Origin: an uncultured delta proteobacterium
GTDB taxonomy: Bacteria > Myxococcota > Myxococcia > Myxococcales > Anaeromyxobacteraceae
Assembly (NCBI GenBank): GCA_963828255.1
Contig: CAWHDZ010000029.1
Span: forward strand, 1 to 48,427
Length of the DNA stretch: 48,427 bases
Reading direction: 5' to 3'
Part shown: positions 18,676 through 28,994 of the stretch, in pieces
Layout of the letters: each line of letters opens with the position of its first letter
Position numbering within the stretch: the stretch's first letter is position 1
Made by a program: the position numbers and the translations under genes
The notes under the pieces: generated by a model
Seen by the model: the letters and a program-made list of their open reading frames with translations, nothing else
What the model was told of the DNA's origin: nothing
The model's database searches: none

Positions 18676-21600
18676 GCCGGCACCGGTACCCCGTCGACGT
18701 ACGCCACCCGGGCTCCCAGCGTCGCCGGCACCTTCGCGCCCGGCAGGATTCCCCCCACCAGGTTGAGCGGGTCGGCACCCGAGAGCTCCACCCGCTCGCG
18801 GCCCCCGGGCGCGCGGCGCACCGCGCGCAGCGACTCGACGGCGGCCGGGAGCGCGTACTGCTCGCCGGAGAGGCCGGCCACGAAGCGCCCGCCGCGGATT
18901 TCGCCACGGGCCTCGAGCGCCCGGTAGACCGGGCAGGAGCTCGCGCCAGGGTGGGGCGAGCGGCTCTCGGCCGAGGAGGTCGCGGAAGACCACGCCCCAG
19001 CGGGCGAGGAGTTGCCGGGCCATGGGCTCGACGGGCGAGGGAGGCGACGGAGCGTCTTCGGCCCGGGGGAGGCGGAGCAGCGCCCACCGTCCCCCTCCCT
19101 GACCCGGTCGGCGCGGTCGGTGGCGCGGCGGGGGATCGAGCAGCGCACGCAGCCCGGCGAAACCGTCGCAGGTGACGAGCCCCGCCGAGACGAGCTCCCA
19201 GAGCGCCCCCTCCACCTCGCCGGGGAGCCGCCCGGTCATGGCGGCAAGGTCGGGCAGGAAGCAGGCGCCGCAGCGGCCGAGCAGGTCGACGAGCGGCGCG
19301 GGCCGAGGCGCCGAGCGGCGGCGGCAAGCCGTGCGCAGCCGAGAGGAGCCAGGGCAGGTCGCTGCGCAGGGCCAGCGTCACCGGCGCGTGGCGGGTGGGA
19401 GCGGCGCGACGGCGCGGGACGTCGCCTTGCTCCGGGGCGACGGCGAGCCTTCCCCAGGCCACCTCGCCGGAGAGGCAGAGGGCGTCGAGCATGCCGGGCT
19501 CGTAGCCGGTGAGCCGCGCGGGGAGGATCTCCCGCTCCCAGGCGCCCGCCGCCGCATGGAACCCCTGGAGCTGGCCGACGACCTCGGCGAGGCCGCGCGT
19601 TCCGTGGAGCCGCGCGCCCGGCGCGGCGTGCTGCCAGCGGAGGAGGAAGCGCACCAGGTCGGCGCCGGAGACGGGCTCGATCTCGCGGCGCAGGCGCCCC
19701 AGCGTGAGCCGGTGGATGCGGGCCAGCAGTCCCCGGTCGCACCAGTCGGCGCCCGGCTCGCCGCCGGGCAGGAACGAGCCGCGGAGCAAGACCCCCTCCG
19801 ACTCGAGGCGGTGGAGCGCGGCCACGGCGAGCGGCAGGGGAAGGCCGAGGCGGGCCGAGACCGAGGGTGCGGTGACCGGACCGAGCCGCGCCATCCAGCC
19901 GCGAAGCGCCCGCGCTGCCGCCACGTCGGGCGACGCGGGAAGGTCCTCGCCGGGGAGCCCCGGAAGCGGTGGTTCGAGCGGCGAGGCGTCGATCCCCGGC
20001 TCCGCCGCGAGCACGCGCCAGGCGCCGGCCCGCTCCGCCGCCACCCAGGCCTCCCTCCCGCCCAGCCGCGCCCGCGCCGCACGCCCACCGGCGAGGAGCG
20101 TGTCGAGGAACCCGCGGAAGGGCGCGCCCTCCGTCGCGGGCAGGAACCCCACGTCGAGGAGCAGGTCGTGCAGCTCGTCGGCGTCGCGGGGACCGGGGCG
20201 CGCCTGCTCCACCACCTCGGCGATCGCCTCCGGGGAGAGCGCGCCGATGCCGGCGGCGTCGGCCGCGGGCAACGATCGCCGCAGCACCACCGCCCGGGCC
20301 CGCCGCTCCTCGAGCGGGGCGTCGTCGAGGAACGCCCAGGGCTTCGCCCCCAGGATCTCGTGGGCCAGCGGCGAGGGCTCGGCCAGGTCGCGTGCCAGGA
20401 GGCGCACCTCGCCGGCCTCGATGCGCCGGAGGAGCCGTTTCAGCCCCGCCGCGTCCATGGCCTCTCCCAGGCAGTCGCGCAGGGCCTCCTCGACGAGCGG
20501 GTGGTCGGGCGGCTCGACCGGCCCGGCGTGCTGGTCGGCGTTGTCCTGGCAGGCCACCGCCAAGGGGAAGACCGCGGCGAGCAGGTCGTCGGCGCGCATG
20601 CGGGCGATGGGCGGAGGCACCTTGCGACCGCCCAGCACCCTCGGGAGCGCCAGCGCGCGGGTGGCGTCCCAGCGCCAGCGGATGGGGAACATGGGGGACT
20701 GGAGCGCCGCCTGCGTGAGCACCTCGCTCGATGCGTTCCGAGGAGAGCATCTCGAAGATCGACGCGAGCGGGAAGGAGTGCTGCGGCCCGAGCGACAGCA
20801 GCACGCCGTCGTCGCTGGCGGCGGCCTGCAGCTCGAAGTCGAAGGCGCGGCAGAAGCGCTTGCGGAGCGCGAGCCCGAGGGCGCGGTTCTGGCGGGCGCC
20901 GAACGGGGCGTGGAGCACGAGCTGCATGCCGCCCGACTCGTCGAAGAAGCGCTCGGCGACGAGCGTCTCCTGGGTGGGCAAGGCGCGAGAGCACGCGCGC
21001 GCGCCGCGGTGAGGTAGTCGACCGCCTGGCGCGCGCCCGGCCTCCGGCAGGGAGCCCTCGGCGGCGAGCCACGCGACGGCGGCGTCGCGATCGCCGAGCC
21101 GCGGCTCGAGATCGGCGCGAAGCCGCGAGACCTCCGCCGAGAGGGCCGCGCTCCTCCCCGGCGCCTCGCCGAGCCAGAAGGGGATGCCCGGGGCCGCGCC
21201 GCCGGCGTCCTCGACCCGGACCACGCCCGACTCGATGCGCCGGATGCGCCAGGCGGTGTTGCCGAGCAGGAAGACGTCGCCGGCCATGCTCTCCACCGCG
21301 AAGTCCTCGTCCACCTGCCCGACCGCCAGGCCTCCGGGCTCCGCCACCACCTGGTACTGGGCGTTGTCGGGGATGGCGCCGCCCCCGGTGAGCGCGGCGA
21401 TGCGCGCGCCGCGCCGCCCGCGGACCACGTGGTTCACGCCGTCCCGGTGGAGGAGCGCCCCGGATCGCCCGCGGCGGGTGGCGGTTCCCTCGGAGAGCAT
21501 CGTCACGACGGCGTCGAACTCCCGGCGCGGGAGCTCGCGGTAGGGCCAGGCCCGCCGGACCATCGCGAAGAGCTCGTCCTCCCCGACCGGCCGCGACGCC

Positions 21601-22868
21601 GCCTCGGCCACGATCTGCTGGGAGAGCACGTCGAGCGGCCAGGGGGGAGGGGCGATGGCCTCGAGCGCTCCGGCCCGCAGGCCCCGCACCAGCGCCGCGC
21701 ACTCGACGAGCTCGTCGCGGCTCATGGGGAAGAAGCGTGCCTTCGGCGTCGCGCCCCGCCAGTGTCCGGACCGTCCGGCGCGCTGCAACGCCACGTGGAG
21801 CGCCCCCGGGCTGCCCAGCTGGGCCACCAGGTCCACCGTGCCGATGTCGATGCCGAGCTCGAGCGACGCGGTGGCGACGATGGCCCGGAGGGAGCCCGCC
21901 TTGAGCCGGTCCTCGGCGTCGAGCCGCCGCGCCCGCGACAGGCTGCCGTGGTGGGCGGCCACCTGCCCCTCGCCGAGCCGCTCGGAGAGCGCGTGGGCGG
22001 CCCGCTCGGCGAGCTTGCGGGTGTTCACGAACACGAGGGTGGTCCGGTTCTCGCCGGGTGAGCTCCGCGAGCCGGTCGTAGGTCTCGGCCCACTGCTCCT
22101 TGGAGGCCACCGAGGAGAGCTCGTCCCGCGGGATCTCCACGCCCAGGTCGAGGACGCGCCCGCGCCCCACCTCGACGACGGCGCACTCCGCGGCCGCCGC
22201 GACGCACCCGCCCGGCGCCCACCAGGAAGCGGGCCACCTCCTCGACCGGGCTCACCGTGGCCGAGAGGCCGATGCGCTGGGGGCGGCGCGTGCAGAGCGC
22301 CTCGAGCCGCTCGAGCGAGAGGGAGAGGTGGCTGCCGCGCTTGTCGCGGGCCACGGCGTGGATCTCGTCGACGATCACCTTGCGGACCGGGGCGAGCGAC
22401 CGGCGCCCCTTCTCGCTCGTGAGGAGCAGGTAGAGCGACTCGGGGGTGGTGACGAGGACGTGGGGCGGGCGCTTCAGCATGGCCTGGCGGCGCGACGAGG
22501 GCGTGTCCCCGGTGCGGACCGCGGCGCGGATGGTCGGGGAGGCGCAGCCCGGCCGCCCGGGCCGCCTCCTGCGAGCGCCGGCGAGCGGCTCGCGCAGGTT
22601 CTTCTCGATGTCGTTCGAGAGGGCCTTGAGCGGCGAGACGTAGAGGATGCGGGTCTCGTCGGGGAGCGCCCCCTCGAGCCCCTCGCGGAAGAGCGAGTCG
22701 AGACCGGAGAGGAAGGCGGCGAAGGTCTTGCCCGACCCCGTGGGCGCGGAGATCAGGACGTCGCTGGCCGGCCTGGATCTCCGGCCAGCCGGCGGCCTGC
22801 GGCTCGGTGGGGGAGCCGAAGCGGGCCTCGAACCAGCCCGAGACCAGAGGGTGGAAGCCGGGGAGCAC
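18645..22868 (-). CDS. lhr: Lhr-family (large helicase-related) SF2 helicase with extended C-terminus (multiple frameshifts)
   Basis: 'APTGSGKT', 'SPLKALSND', 'VDEIHA', 'GLSAT', 'HHGSLS', '[12 protein letters not shown]', 'QRAGRSGH', and C-terminal '[10 protein letters not shown]', '[16 protein letters not shown]'. Spread over several frames. Confidence 0.9.
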
Positions 22869-22978
22869 GTTCCCGATCTATCGCAGGGGGCTGTCGGGTG
22901 CCCGGGCCCTGGCGCCGCGCCGCCGCGGCGGGCCGATCGGCGTCCGTTCCGCGGACCATCCGGCCAGATGGGGCGTAA

Positions 22979-23004
22979 GGAAACGACGTATTGACAAGGT
23001 TTCC
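22979..23004. promoter_or_regulatory. Inverted repeat GGAAAC-N14-GTTTCC enclosing a perfect TTGACA
   Basis: TTGACA at 22991-22996 inside the inverted repeat, in the lhr/HNH divergent intergenic region. No clear matching -10. Confidence 0.35.
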
Positions 23005-23182
23005 GTGGAGATCCGGTTCGGCGAATCGGCGGCACGTGGATGGTGGTTCTCGCCGCGCATCCGCCCCGTGCGCGCGCTTGCGGCGTTCCTGGCGAGGGTC
23101 GAGATCGTCGCGCCCTGGAATGCGAGCCCGGCCGTTCTCGTGCGTTCCAGGAGGTCGTGAAAACGCGTGAGAGAGTGGTGGC

Positions 23183-24233
23183 ATGAACGCACGCGAATGG
23201 TCACCTCCGTCATGTCGAACTCCTCCGCGCCGAGCGAGGCGCCCTCGCCGACCTGCTCCTCTCGCTCGCGGAATTCGACCGGGTGCGGCGTACCGGGAGC
23301 TCGGCTTCGCCACGCTCTTCGACTACCTCCACCGGGAGCTCCATCTCTCCCGGGGCTCGGCCCACTACCGGCAGGTCGCCACCCGGCTCGTCGTGCGGTT
23401 CCCGGAGATTGTGGAGCCGCTTCGGGATGGGCGGTCTATGCCTCACCACCGTGATCGTGCTCGCGCGGGTGATGACCGAGGCGAACCGGCACGAGGTTCT
23501 TCCGCGCTTCTTCGGCCTCTCCCGTCAGGAGGCGGAGCAAGTCGCGGTGGAGATCCGGCCCGTCGAGGTGGTGCCGCGGAGGACGGTCGTCACCGAGGCG
23601 CCGGTTTCGAGGACGGCAACGGCAGGCGATCCCGCCGACGTCGTCGTGCCGAACGTGAAGGACCACTCGCGTTCAATCGTTGAACTGGCCCCGGCCCGGA
23701 CCCTCGTCGAACCGCTCACACGCCGGGAGACCCGGATTCACATCACGGTGTCGCCGGAGTTCCTGGCGCTGCTCAAGAAGGCCAAGGCCGGCCAGTCCCA
23801 CCGTACAGCCCGGCGCGACCGACGAGCAGGTGCTCACCGCGGCGCTGGAGTTGCTCATCGCGAAGCAGGAGAAGCGGCGGGCCAGCGTGCCGCCGAAGGT
23901 GAAGCGGGAGGTGTGAAGCGGGACGGGGGCAAGTGCACGTGGCCGCTCGCGATACGGCGGTATCTGCGGCGCGACGGTGCGGCTGGAGGTGGACCACGTC
24001 GTCCCGCGAGGGAAGGGCGGCCCGTCGACGGTGGACAACTGCAGGATCCTCTGCAGACCGCACAACCTCGAGGCTGCGCGGCAGGCCTACGGCGACGAGG
24101 TGATGGACCTGTTCACCCGGGGTGGAGCACGGACGGGGACCGCGGCGGCACGAGGAGGTCGGCGGAGTACGGGCCAGCACGGGGTGCGACCCGGCGCGGA
24201 ATCCGATTGTGCGCCCGGCCGCAGGCGGGGTAG
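23183..24233 (+). CDS. HNH endonuclease with DUF222-like helical N-terminus (heavily frameshifted; possible pseudogene or selfish element)
   Basis: Joined frames: '[40 protein letters not shown]...[16 protein letters not shown]' and '[18 protein letters not shown]...[34 protein letters not shown]'. About 6-7 frameshifts; 3' end approximate. Confidence 0.8.
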
Positions 24234-24243
24234 GGTGCGGTCC

Positions 24244-24713
24244 ATGCTCTGGAAGGAAACCGCCGCCGTCCGCGCGCTCGGGCTGCGCATCCCGCTCCTC
24301 CTCTTCATCGCCCCCCGCGTCCTCGAGCTCGACGACGAGGGCGCGGCCGTCGGCGTCCCGCTCGGCTGGCGCACGACGAACCACGTCGGATCGCTCTACG
24401 TGGGGGTGATGGCCGCCGCCGCCGACCTGGCCTCCGGCATGAACGCCTTCTCGCTCATCCGGTCGCGGTACCGGCGCATCGTGCCGGTCTTCAAGTACGC
24501 CAACATGGAGTTCCTGAAGCGGGCCGACGGGGACACGGTGTTCCGGACGCCGGGACGGGCGGCGGATCGCCGAGGCCATGGAGGAGACCGAGCGGACCGG
24601 GGAGCGGGTGACGCTCCCGGTGGAGGTGGTGGCGACGGTCCCGGAGAAGTACGGCGACGAGGTGGTGGCCCGGTTCACGATGGGCTCTGTCGCTGAAGAA
24701 GAGGAGGGAGTAG
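24244..24713 (+). CDS. DUF4442/YiiD-like hotdog thioesterase (frameshifted)
   Basis: 'VPLGWRTTNHVGSLYVGVMAAAAD', 'FLKRADGD', 'EVVARFTM'. Confidence 0.75.
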
Positions 24714-24843
24714 AGGGCATACGAGGGGCTTCCGCCGGGTCCGACGGAGGAGGTCGTGCGGGCGATCGCGAGGTGGATCGGGAGGGCGTGACCCGGGTCG
24801 GCGAGGGCCTTCGAGGGCATTGCGCCGGCCGAGGCCGGCGCTG

Positions 24844-26024
24844 CTAGCGAAACGCCTGGATCCCCGTGACCGCCTCGCCGATGACCAGCGTGTGCATCTC
24901 GTGGGTCCCCTCGTAGGTGTAGACCGACTCGAGGTTCGCCATGTGGCGCATGACCGGGTACTCGCCGAGGATGCCGTTCGCCCCCAGGATGGTCCGGGCG
25001 CGGGAGCAGATCTCCCGGGCCACCGAGACGTTGTTCATCTTGGCCATGGAGATCTGGGCCGGGCGTGACCGTGCCCGCGTCCTTCCGGCGGGCCACGCTG
25101 GAGCGCGAGCAGCTGCCCCTTCGAGAGCTCGGTCACCATCCAGGCCAGCTTCTCCTGGGTGAGCTGGAAGCCGGCGATCGGGCGGTCGAACTGGATGCGG
25201 CTCCCGGCGTAGTCGAGCGCGCACTGGTAGCAGGCCTCGGCGGCGCCCAGCACGCCCCAGGCGATGCCGTAGCGGGCCTGGTTGAGGCAGCCGAGCGGCC
25301 CCTTCAGGCCCTTCACCCCGGGCAACAGGCTCCGCTCCTCGTCCACAGCACGTCCTCGAGGACCAGCTCGGAGGTGACCGAGGCGCGCAGGGACCACTTC
25401 CCCTTCATCTCCGGCGCGGTGAACCCGGGCGTGCCCTTCTCGACCAGGAAGCCGCGGATGCCGTCGTCGGTCCGGGCCCAGACCACCGCCACGTCGGCGA
25501 TGCGTGCCGTTGGTGATCCACATCTTCGAGCCGTTGAGCGCCAGCGGCTGTCCGCTCCCGCACCGCCCGCGTGCGCATGCCGGCCGGGTTGGAGCCGAAG
25601 TCCGGCTCGGTCAGGCCGAAGCAGCCGATCGGCCTCGCCGCTGGCCAGCCGCGGCAGCCAGTAGTCCTTCTGCGCCTCGCTGCCGTAGGCGAAGATCGGG
25701 TACATGACGAGCGAGCCCTGCACCGAGGCGAAGCTGCGCAGCCCCGAGTCGCCGCGCTCCAGCTCGTACATGAGCAGCCCGTAGGCCGCGCTGGAGAGTC
25801 CGGCGCAGCCGTAGCGGGCCGGGAGGGTGGGACCGAGGAAGCCCAGCTCCCCCATGGGCCGGACGAGCGCCGCCGGGAAGGTCTGCTCCTGGGCGTGCGC
25901 GCTCGATCACCGGGAGCACCCGCTCGTTCACGAACTGGCGGGCCTGCGCCTGCACCATCCGCTCCTCGTCGGTGAGGAGCTCGCGCATCCCGAGGAAGTC
26001 GGTCATCCGGTTCGATCCGCTCAT
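24844..26024 (-). CDS. gcdH: Glutaryl-CoA dehydrogenase-like acyl-CoA dehydrogenase (multiple frameshifts)
   Basis: 'ELERGDSGLRSFASVQGSLVMYPI', 'GCFGLTEPDFGSNP', 'KWSLRASVT', 'CLNQARYGIAWG', 'RHMANLESVYTYEGTHEMH'. Confidence 0.8.
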
Positions 26025-26821
26025 CCGCCCTCCGCCTCGCGGTGGGGGAGAGCCCCGACCGCACGTTGTCCGAGGAGCGCCAGCAGCCGCGGCCCCACGT
26101 CGCGCTTCAGCGTCTCCGGCTCGAGCTGGAAGGCCGCCCCGCTCACGCCCACCACGACGAGGCCGGCGCCGTCGGGGAGCGGGAGCGGCGCCGCCACGGC
26201 GTTGATCTCGCGCCGCCAGTCCCCCAGGCCGAAGCAGAGGCCGAACGCGTCGTGGTCGCGGAAGGCCTGCTCCATGCGCTTGCGGTTCACCGGCCAGTCG
26301 GCCGGCCGGGCCAGCCGCATGGCCTCGAGGATGCGCTTGCGCTCCGGGGGCGGCAGCGCCGAGACGTAGGCCCGCCCCAGCGAGGTGGTGGCCACCGGGA
26401 CGCGCGAGCCGATGTCGATGACGAAGGAGGCGCTGTTCCAGTAGGTGTCGACCACCTGCATGGAGAGCCGGTCGTTCACGGCCAGGTGGACCGACGCCCT
26501 GGTGTACTCGGAGAGCTCCTGCAGGAAGGGGCGGGCCACGCGCCGCACGTCCATCTGCCCGAGCGCCGCGAAGCCCAGGCTGATGGCGGCGCTGCCCAGC
26601 GCGTACTTGTTCGTGGTCTCGGACCAGCGCAGGTGTCCGAGGCGGGTCAGCGTGTAGGCGAGGCGCGAGACGGTGGGCTTGGCGAGCCCGGTGCGCCGGG
26701 CGATCTCCTGGTTGGCGAGCCAGCGGTCCCGGGGTCCGAAGCAGCGCAGCACCTCGAGCCCGCGCGACAGGGCGGTCACGAACTTCCGGTCCACCGGGGG
26801 CTTGCGCTTCTCCACGGCCAC
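26021..26821 (-). CDS. IclR-family transcriptional regulator
   Basis: 'FVTALSRGLEVLRCF', HTH 'EIARRTGLAKPTVSRLAYTL', 'IGSRVPVATTSLGRAY', 'INAVAAP'. Confidence 0.95.
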   Translation of the reverse strand: MAVEKRKPPVDRKFVTALSRGLEVLRCFGPRDRWLANQEIARRTGLAKPTVSRLAYTLTRLGHLRWSETTNKYALGSAAISLGFAALGQMDVRRVARPFLQELSEYTRASVHLAVNDRLSMQVVDTYWNSASFVIDIGSRVPVATTSLGRAYVSALPPPERKRILEAMRLARPADWPVNRKRMEQAFRDHDAFGLCFGLGDWRREINAVAAPLPLPDGAGLVVVGVSGAAFQLEPETLKRDVGPRLLALLGQRAVGALPHREAEGG

Positions 26822-26891
26822 CCCGGCAGCCTAGCAGATCGGGCGGGTCCGTTGTGGAACGCGCACCCTCCGTGCTACGGTGCGGCACCTC

Positions 26892-26908
26892 GTTTCGTAC
26901 CGCGAAAC
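26892..26908. promoter_or_regulatory. Palindromic operator GTTTCG-N5-CGAAAC (site 1)
   Basis: GTTTCGtaccgCGAAAC between divergent iclR and the quinone oxidoreductase gene; the same motif recurs at 32228. Confidence 0.75.
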
Positions 26909-26914
26909 TCCTCC

Positions 26915-27899
26915 GTGCGCGCGCTCCTCTGCACCGAATTCGGTCCGGTCTCGAACCTGCGGGTCTCGGAGGTCCCGGACCCCGTCCCCGGCGACGGCGA
27001 GGTGCTCGTCCGCGTGGAGGCGGCCGGCCTCAACTACCCCGACGGCCTGATGGTCCAGGGGAAGTACCAGGTCCGCCCGCCGCTCCCCTTCGTTCCCGGC
27101 ATGGAGCTCGCCGGGGTGGTCGAGGCGGTCGGCAAGGGGGTCGACGCCTTCGTCCCCGGCGACCCGGTGATGGCCGTCCCCGGGGCCGGCGCCTTCGCCG
27201 AGCGCTGCGTCCTCCCCGCCGACCAGGTGCTGCCCCGCCCGGCCTCGCTCCCTCCCGACCTGGCCGCCGCCTCGCTCCTCACCTACGGCACCACGCTGCA
27301 CGCGCTCGAGGATCGCGCCCGCCTCCGCTCCGGCGAGACGCTGCTCGTGCTCGGCGCCGGCGGCGGGGTGGGCACCGCGGCGGTGGGAATCGGCAAGCTC
27401 CTCGGCGCGAAGGTCATCGCCGCCGCCTCCTCGGCCGAGCGCCTCGAGACCTGTCGCCGCCTCGGCGCCGACTTCACCGTCGACTACTCCACCGAGGACC
27501 TGCGCGAGCGGGTCAAGGTCCTCACCCAGGGACGCGGCGTCGACGTGGTCTACGACCCGGTGGGGGGCGCCCTCTCCGAGGCGGCGCTCCGCTCCACCGG
27601 CTGGGGTGGCCGGTTCCTGGTGGTCGGCTTCGCGTCCGGGGAGATCCCCCGCATCCCCCTCAACCTGGCGCTGCTCAACGCCCGCTCCATCCTGGGCGTC
27701 TACTGGGGGGACTGGTCCCGCCGGGAGCCCAGGAAGTCGGCCGACGAGCTCTCCCGCATCGCCGCCTGGATCTGCGAGAAGCGCCTCTCCCCCGTGGTGA
27801 CGGCCCGCCTCGGCCTGGCCGAGCGTCCCCGGAGCCCTCGAGGACCTGCTCGCTCGCCGCGCCCACGGCAAGCTGGTGGTCCTCCCCGGAGGGCCGTGA
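26915..27899 (+). CDS. NADPH:quinone oxidoreductase (zeta-crystallin/MDR family; frameshift near 27825)
   Basis: 'GLNYPD..QGKYQ..PPLPFVPG', 'VLGAGGGVG', 'DVVYDPVGG', 'VGFASGEIP'. Confidence 0.9.
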
Positions 27900-28285
27900 C
27901 CCTCTCCGAGCTCATCGGCCGGCCGGTCCCCTTCGCCGAGTTCCTGGGCATCCGCATCGTGGGGAACGAGCCCGGTGCCCCACGGCTCGAGCTGGCCCTG
28001 CGCCCCGAGCTCATGAACAGCTTCCACGACGCCCACGGCGGCGTGGTCATGGCGCTCGCCGACGTGGCGCTGGCGGTGGCGGCCATCACCCGGGACGGGA
28101 CGGCCCGGGGCGCCATCACGGTGGACCTGTCGGTGAGCTTCCTCGGCCCCGGCAAGGGGACCCTCGCGGCGGAGGCCCGCTGCCTGCGCGCCGGGAAGTC
28201 GCTCGCCTTCTCGGAGGGGGAGATCCGCGACGCCTCGGGGACCCTGGTGGCGAAGGCGATCGGCACCTTCAAGCTGCGGCGCTGA
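27896..28285 (+). CDS. PaaI-family thioesterase
   Basis: 'NSFHDAHGGVVMALAD', 'TVDLSVSFLGP'; GTG overlaps the previous stop. Confidence 0.85.
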   Translation: MTLSELIGRPVPFAEFLGIRIVGNEPGAPRLELALRPELMNSFHDAHGGVVMALADVALAVAAITRDGTARGAITVDLSVSFLGPGKGTLAAEARCLRAGKSLAFSEGEIRDASGTLVAKAIGTFKLRR

Positions 28286-28994
28286 TCAGGCTGCGCCCTC
28301 CGCGCAGCTCCGGCACCACCGCCAGGTGGTCCTCGCGCGCCGCCCATTCCACCTCCCGCTCGAGCCCGCGCTCCCGCATCATCCTCCCCACCCGGCTCCG
28401 CGACAGGCAGTCGAGCGCGTCGCTGCCGTCGTGGAGGATCTGCGCCGCCAGCGCCGTGTCGGAGAGCTCCCAGCCCGGTTGGCTGCGGGTGAAGTGGGAG
28501 ACCAGGTGGCCGGCGCCGTAGAAGTCCTCCAGGTTGAAGGCGTCGACCGATCCGGAGCAGACCACCAGCACGGTCTCCCCCTCGGCCCGCGCGATCACGT
28601 GCTCCACCACCGCCGCGCCGTTCGCGAGCGCCGCCGCGTAGACCCGGGAGGCACCGGCGGCCCTGCGGATGGCCACGGTGCCGTTGGTGGTCGAGTAGAC
28701 GAGCGCCCGCCCGCGGAGCGGCTCCCCGAGCAGCGAGAGCGGGGTGGGAGGGGCGAAGCCCGGGAGCGTCTCGGCGCCGTACTCCCCGGCCAGCACGAAG
28801 GAGCCGGGCGGCCGGGCCGCCGCCACCGCCCGGGCCGCGTCGCCGTCGAGCGCCGGGATCACCTCGGTGGCGCCGTGGGCCAGCGCCGCCGCGATGCTCG
28901 AGGTGGCGAAGAGCACGTCGAGGACGATCACCACCTTGCCCGGCAGGCGCTGCCCGTCGAGCTCCTCCTTCTTCGCGAGGACGTGGAGCTTCAT
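28269..28994 (-). CDS. 2-phosphosulfolactate phosphatase (ComB)-family protein
   Basis: 'VIVLDVLFATSSI', 'LAGE', 'YSTTNGT', 'VCSG....FNLEDFYGAG'. Confidence 0.85.
   Translation of the reverse strand: MKLHVLAKKEELDGQRLPGKVVIVLDVLFATSSIAAALAHGATEVIPALDGDAARAVAAARPPGSFVLAGEYGAETLPGFAPPTPLSLLGEPLRGRALVYSTTNGTVAIRRAAGASRVYAAALANGAAVVEHVIARAEGETVLVVCSGSVDAFNLEDFYGAGHLVSHFTRSQPGWELSDTALAAQILHDGSDALDCLSRSRVGRMMRERGLEREVEWAAREDHLAVVPELRGGRSLISAAA

Noticed and set aside
23183..24233. IscB/Cas9-like or restriction-modification nuclease
   Set aside because: No RuvC or PLMP motifs, CRISPR repeats or methyltransferase seen.
23977..24696. HNH-thioesterase fusion ORF
   Set aside because: Read-through in a frameshift-rich zone; the thioesterase has its own ATG and -10-like box.
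26042..28285. 747-aa quinone oxidoreductase-thioesterase fusion
   Set aside because: The N-terminal part is antisense to iclR, and the join is caused by a frameshift near 27825. A GTGA overlap marks two genes.
28269..28994. Coenzyme M / sulfolactate biosynthesis
   Set aside because: No comA/comC/comDE in the window; the gene is coupled to an acyl-CoA kinase operon.
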